Source: the human T2T-CHM13v2.0 reference genome, Homo sapiens
Length of the DNA: 64,000 nucleotides
NCBI RefSeq assembly: GCF_009914755.1
Contig: NC_060926.1
Direction: 5' to 3' (one strand)
Position numbers and translations under genes: made by a program. Below, in pieces: positions 60,265-64,000 of this stretch. Position 1 is the stretch's first letter, and every line of letters begins with the position of its first letter. The notes beneath the pieces are model-generated. The model searched no databases and was not told where the DNA came from. It worked only from the letters and a program-made list of their open reading frames with translations.

Positions 60265-64000
<3,736 letters not shown>

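Overview
Hominid (human-like) nuclear DNA, AT-rich and intronic or intergenic. I recognise no host protein-coding gene. Most short ORFs are Alu, L1, SVA or microsatellite artefacts. The window is a layered transposon record: 14 Alus (J/S/Y), MaLR solo LTRs with intact TSDs, a nested MER21/Tigger4/ERV1-LTR/AluY cluster, a near full-length decayed Hsmar2 mariner, and many L2, MIR and old L1 fragments. At the right end a 5'-complete L1PA3-like element is interrupted in ORF2 by an antisense SVA (D-like) that runs off the window. Two signals are not explained by routine annotation. (1) The SVA carries a dense, strand-specific T>C cluster (A>G on the SVA RNA strand) resembling A-to-I hyper-editing fixed by retrotransposition. 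(2) There are four locally templated copy events of different ages: a ~230-bp inverted duplication of a tRNA-Ile-headed SINE bracketing a probable 621-bp inversion, a 73-bp inverted insertion with a duplicated junction, and two ancient ~100-210-bp copies of sequence 1-2 kb away. Family names come from recalled consensus sequences, not a database search, and boundaries of old repeats are approximate.
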